Positions 59,370-64,000 of a stretch of 64,000 nucleotides of DNA are shown piece after piece (positions within the stretch are counted from its first letter, which is position 1; each line of letters opens with the position of its first letter). The translations under genes were made by a program, and so were the position numbers. The stretch is from Selaginella moellendorffii. Lineage: Eukaryota; Plantae; Lycopodiophyta. A model generated the notes under the pieces. The model searched no databases and was not told the origin of the DNA. It saw nothing but the letters and a program-made list of their open reading frames with translations. Location of the stretch: contig NW_003314298.1 in assembly GCF_000143415.4 (NCBI RefSeq), positions 1,472,602 through 1,536,601 of the forward strand, written 5' to 3'.

Positions 59370-59452
59370 GGGCTACGTGGCAGACGCTTGTTGCTTACAA
59401 GTGGCAAGCTTGCCACGTGGCATACTCGTGAGCATGCAGCGCGACATGTGTC
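59370..59452 (+). promoter_or_regulatory. ABRE/G-box cluster upstream of TSPO
   Basis: TACGTGGC (~59375), palindromic GCCACGTGGC (~59412), ACATGTGTC (~59444). Confidence 0.6.
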
Positions 59453-59576
59453 ACTCTATGCGTTTTCAAGAGCTCCAGCGCATTAGGGCTCTTCAGCTTC
59501 TCTCTCCCTAATCTTCTCCCGCAAATCTCCTTCCTTCAAGCTCGCGCGATCTCTCTCTTTGCTAGATCATACAGCG

Positions 59577-60212
59577 ATGGAGTCAGCCGAGGGCCTGAGC
59601 AAGAGATCGCTGGACAAGCCCAGCGATCCTGCGCCGGAGGAGGACAAATACCACGGCAAGAGCCCCCAGCGGCAGCAGCAGCGCGGCGGCGTTCGATCGC
59701 TCGCAATCGCAGTGGCAGCGCCATTCCTCCTGGGCGCCGCGATTGGATTCCTCTTCGGCCCGGACAAATGGTACGCAAATCTCCAGAAGCCCTCTTGGAA
59801 TCCACCGGGGTGGCTGTTTGGGACCGTTTGGAGCGCCATCTATCCCCTCATGGGGCTGGCTTCGTGGCTTGTCTGGGCCAACGGGGGCTGGCACAAGCAG
59901 TCCTACCCTCTCACTCTCTACGTGGTCCAGTTGGGGCTCAACCTCTTGTGGAGTGCGGCCTTCTTTGGGCTCCATAATCCCCTGTTGGCGCTGGCGGATA
60001 TAGTGGTGCTGGTGGTGGTGGTGCTTGCGTGCATTGCCGCTTTTAAGCCCGTCAACCACGTCGCTGCCAATCTCATGCAGGTGTATTTGGCGTGGATCTT
60101 GTTTGCGCTTGCTCTGAATGCGAGCATCTGGTACATGAATATGGGTGTCGGTGGTGCTGGTGTTGATCCTGATCAAGCACAAGTTGCAACTGGTGCTACA
60201 AACCAAGAGTAA
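59577..60212 (+). CDS. TSPO: TspO/MBR translocator protein
   Basis: WYANLQKPSWNPPGWLFGTVW..IY..MG.ASWLVW, QLGLNLLWS..FFG, LMQVYLAW..FA.ALN. Confidence 0.95.
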   Translation: MESAEGLSKRSLDKPSDPAPEEDKYHGKSPQRQQQRGGVRSLAIAVAAPFLLGAAIGFLFGPDKWYANLQKPSWNPPGWLFGTVWSAIYPLMGLASWLVWANGGWHKQSYPLTLYVVQLGLNLLWSAAFFGLHNPLLALADIVVLVVVVLACIAAFKPVNHVAANLMQVYLAWILFALALNASIWYMNMGVGGAGVDPDQAQVATGATNQE

Positions 60213-60479
60213 GGATTTGTAATATGATAGTGTACACGTTATTGTCACGTAAACGTTTGTGTTATATATTATATATTCACTTGTCAACTTGTTCTCTTAT
60301 CTTGTAGTTATCTAAATCTTGTAAACCATATTCGAGCCAGCATTGTTGATGAGAATCTAGACAAACCAATTGAGAGTAAAGATTTGTAGTATAGTGTACA
60401 CGTTATTGTCACGTAAACGATTATATATTTCTTTCCAGGAAAACAAAATACCTTGACCAAACCTGGAAAACAGCCTTTG

Positions 60480-61800
60480 TTAGATCAGTCCGCCACCTTG
60501 GTGCCACCAGCACCAGCCTTGCAGCTATGATCTGCAAACCAATCACGGGGAGAATGAAATTAATGTCCACTCGCGAGGAAAAAAAATCAAAAAGGAGAAA
60601 CTTACCTTGAGGGAGGGGCTCCCCTGCAAATAAAGCTCATTTCCTCAACAATGTTTCTGTTGAGCGCGATCATCTTTTGGAGATCCGCTAGCTTCCATCA
60701 CTACTCTCAGCAGTCCCTCATAAAAGCGTCTTCCACTTCGGGAGTGGAAATTCCCGGGTGCCGGCAACTCAAACCACCGGGAGAGGCACAGTCACGTACA
60801 TAAGATCAAGATTGTGGGAAAAGAGCAAGCCTTACAAACAAGTTGCCCACAAAAGAGTCGCTGTCCGGGTACACAATTGGCTTTTTAAAGCGTTTCTTTT
60901 CTTCAATTGCGCGTCCAAGCTCTCCAAGCTTAATGCAGGGTATTTCAAGTTTTTCTCCATCACTTGGAACTCTGGAAAAGACAATTCACTCGGTGAAATT
61001 AATGAAAGACACTTCCCTGCAAACGAGTCCTTGTCGACTTCACCGTTTTTCGTTGCGATGAGTCCTCTCACTTCAAGTTTTCCATATGTCCACATATCCG
61101 AGCACAGAACCAAGACATAAACCGGAGTTCTGTGCCCCGCGAACAGGTTCCTTGTCTCCTTGGAAGAGTCCATGGTTCGCAGCATCGTCATGGAACCATT
61201 TCCTTTCTACTCGGAGAACGAGCTTCTGCGGATCAAACTCTTGAAAGCTCGTCAATGGTTCTTTTGTTCTCGGCGCCTGATCCTCTACATAGAAGCCGAG
61301 ATCGCAGAAACCCCAACCAGTCTCTCCATTACCAAGGTCCGGGCCTCCATTCTCGGATTTCTGAGAGTCTTGAGAACCCTGTAAACCTGGATCATCCTGT
61401 TGACCTCCCATGAACTCCGCCACGTTGAGACCTGCATGATCAATGGCGGAAACAGCAGGGAGAGCGAAATTCACCCGTTTGGTTCCAGAATGCCGCTGAA
61501 AATCCTCCTGGAGATCTAGCACTCGTGCGATCTTCGTTGCAGTCGGTTGAATGAAGTCGCAAAGTCCAAAAAACAAAGAGGCAAGCTCTGCATCCCTCTC
61601 CAAAATGGCTGTAAAGCATAAAAACGTGTTAAGATATAGCACATAGATATAGAACTGCTTACTTGACTATTTCGCAACTCACAACTGACCATAGCCTCGA
61701 ACAAAACCTCGGGATCCATCATCAATGTGTCAAACTTGTCGATCGTTTGTTGCTCCCCCTTGCTCTCCACAGTGAGAGAGACGATGTTGATGAATGGATT
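60480..61800 (-). pseudogene. Disrupted spliced coding-like sequence of unknown family
   Basis: Overlapping ORF pieces (61821-61516, 61642-61073, 61191-60832), GTAAG donors at ~61662 and ~60605, in-frame stops near 60700. Confidence 0.35.
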
Positions 61801-62413
61801 ATTCGCCTTGAACACCGCCAAAGTTCATGGCCATGTGAGATGGAACAGATGCGAGCGTGCTAAACGCAGGCGTGACGGTTGCAAGCAGCAACGCCCTGGC
61901 GCGATCGCCCGTGACAGGAGACCCAGCACCAGTCAATTCAGCCATTAGCCCTCGAATCCGTCCCCCGTACACAGCAATGATTTCACCCTGAAGCGCCAAG
62001 AATTGTTGATTCAGCAACATGGAAGAATTTGCGGCTTGGGCCACGAAGATCGTGCGAAGCGACGTCCAGATTTCAGCAGCGGTCTTGGTGAGATCAATCA
62101 GCGGCAAGAATTCATCGCTCAATCCCAAGCCAATGACGGTGATGGCTTGCTGATTGCGAAAATCCCAATCTGATTGTAGCGTCTGCTCAGCGGGACGAGG
62201 CTCAGTCCCATCAACGATGTTCCACGCTCGTTTCGCAGAGAGGATCAGCCTGATTCTTGTCGCCCATGTGAAGAAATCCGTGCCACTGAATTTCTCCACC
62301 TTCTCTGTGAAAGCCACGAGAACTTGAGCAGCAACCGGTGTCGGCGGCGGCGGCGGCGGCAGCGGCGGTGGTGGTGGGGGCGGCGGAGGTGGTGGTGGGG
62401 TTGAAGCGGCCAT
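61799..62413 (-). mobile_element. Ty1/copia gag N-terminal fragment, inverted relative to pol
   Basis: KFSGTDFFTWATRIRLIL...WNIVDGTEPRP...W...NQQA...I...LSD...TAAEIWTSL. Confidence 0.85.
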
Positions 62414-63428
62414 GACAGCAACGTCAAATCAACCAACCAAGATCGTCCCCGAAATCCGATACCATGTTGTGAAGTTGACCTCTGTGCGAGTGATCCTTGC
62501 ACTGGCGGCCAAGTACGACCTGGAACTGCACCAGTTGGACGTTCGCACTGCTTTCCTGCATGGCAAGTTGAACGAGGAGGTCTACGTCACGCAACCACCT
62601 GGATTCGTCAAACCTGGTGAGGAACATCTTGTTTGCAAGCTGAATCGCGCCCTGTATGGGCTTAAACAATCCCCGAGGGTTGGTTTGAACGCATTGATGC
62701 GTTCTTCAAGAGCCTGGGTGTGTTCCTCTTGCAGTGGAAGGAAACGTGTACCTGTACAAGTGTGGTGACGATTTTCTCCTGGTTGCTGTGTACGTTGACG
62801 ACTGCATTCTCGGTGCAAAAACCCGCCACCTGCTGGACGAGATGAAAAATAAGCTGAGTGAAGAATTTGAGATGTCTGACCTGGGCGAGCTTCGCCATTT
62901 CCTTGGCATCCAAGACTGCTCTCCCGTGGCCACACCTCTTGCGGTCAATCACAAACTCAGCCGTGACATGGCCCCTGTCACAGAGGAAGAACGAAGGCTT
63001 TCGCTCGAGTATGCGTTCTTGCTCCATGGGGCTGCTGTGTCCTGGAGCAGTAAGCGCCAGCCGCTGGTGGCTCTGTCCTCGACAGAGGCAGAGTATATTG
63101 CCCTAACCACTGCCAGCAAAGAAGCGATTTGGTTGACCGAGTTCTGCCGTGACCTGCCCCAGATTCCTGCTTGCACCGGCCCTATGGTGCTGTTCTCGGA
63201 CAACCAAAGTGCTCTTGCACTGGCCGCCAATCCTCGCTTCCATTTTCGGATGAAACACATCGAGATTCGTTTCCACAAGTCCAAAATGGAAAGTTGTTGC
63301 TGGAATATTGCCCCACCGAGGCAATGGTGGCTGATATACTCACGAAGGCTTTGGCTCGAGACTCCTTTGAACGCCATCGCGCTGCACTGGGAGTCTGCTC
63401 TCCATCTGTTTCGGCTGAGTGGGAGGGG
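62412..63428 (+). mobile_element. Internally deleted Ty1/copia RT-RNase H fragment with PPT
   Basis: HQLDVRTAFLHG, LYGLKQSPR, YVDD, SWSSKRQPLVALSSTEAEYIA, KHIEIRFH, ADILTKAL; PPT GAGTGGGAGGGG at ~63417-63428; frameshifts. Confidence 0.92.
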
Positions 63429-63472
63429 TAGTCGTCGCAGTCTCGACCAGCTGACGTGGCATGTCCACGTGG

Positions 63473-63945
63473 TCATGAGTTATGTCCCTTTGAGTCATGC
63501 AAAAAGAGTCGGAACACAATGAACGAGCTCATGAGTGTTATGTCCATCCCTTTTAACATCACAACAACCACTGCGATCGCCCGGGGCCGTGAGGATCGAC
63601 GAGCTCGCGGTGGCTGTGGAGCTTGCTGGCACGAGCGTGGGCGACGAGGATGGTGTTCCAGGCGATCGGATGCTCGAATTCTGGGAGACGAGGCTGTGCT
63701 CCGGCATACGATCGAACGTCGTCCGATTCGGCGGGCGTGGACGAGCACAGCGCTGGCAAATGGCGTGAGAATGCAGGTCAGATCGTGCTGGGGCATCACG
63801 TCGCGGAAGAAATCCTCGGCCTGGTGGATCATCCCCCCCAGCTGCGCGTACATCGAGGTCCAAGAAACAAGATCCCTGGCCGGCATCTTGCGAAATATCC
63901 TGCGCTCTGCCCGGATGGACGGCGGCGCCAGGATCGAGTTCCAAG
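63473..63945 (-). pseudogene. Frameshifted PPR fragment
   Basis: MPARDLVSWTSMYAQ.G..HQAEDFF..MPQHDL, TFDRMPEHSLVS and AWNTILVAHA lie in different frames. Confidence 0.65.
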
Positions 63946-64000
63946 ACTTTTCTTTCTGTTCTTCTCCAGTTTATTTTTCATTTGCTTGATCATTGGACCC

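Noticed and set aside
1-64000. CRISPR arrays, rRNA, intact tRNA or prokaryotic operons
   Set aside because: None seen; the window is intron-containing plant nuclear DNA.

Overview
Gene-dense land-plant nuclear DNA. Very short introns (about 44-120 nt), tiny intergenic gaps and many intronless PLS-class PPR genes suggest the lycophyte Selaginella (inference). 1-31 kb: GDSL lipase, two tandem FCP1/NIF-type HAD phosphatases, BAHD acyltransferase, four PPR genes, SMAP1, an unknown small basic gene, GH18 chitinase, Tim17/22-family gene, RPS29, GT47, an unknown gene, V-ATPase subunit a, type I MADS-box gene and alpha-SNAP. 32-49 kb is a transposon block: decayed Ty3/gypsy relics, a 100-N gap, ~1.1-kb AT-rich tandem repeats, and an ORF-less LTR element with near-identical LTRs nested in a gypsy integrase. 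49-64 kb: F-box gene, RBBP6/PQT3-like E3 ligase, ferroportin, START/Bet v1-type gene, second type I MADS-box gene, an orphan ORF, TSPO, a rearranged copia relic and a PPR pseudogene. The most striking finding is a gene the ORF track misses (17998-15579, minus strand). Removing a 44-nt intron joins an OSB-type PDF ssDNA-binding motif in frame to a PLS-class PPR array. Also notable are a 26-nt stop-to-start gap between BAHD and a PPR gene, divergent ATGs 33 nt apart, and a possible spliced double-phosphatase fusion. All family assignments come from motif recognition by eye; no database search was run.
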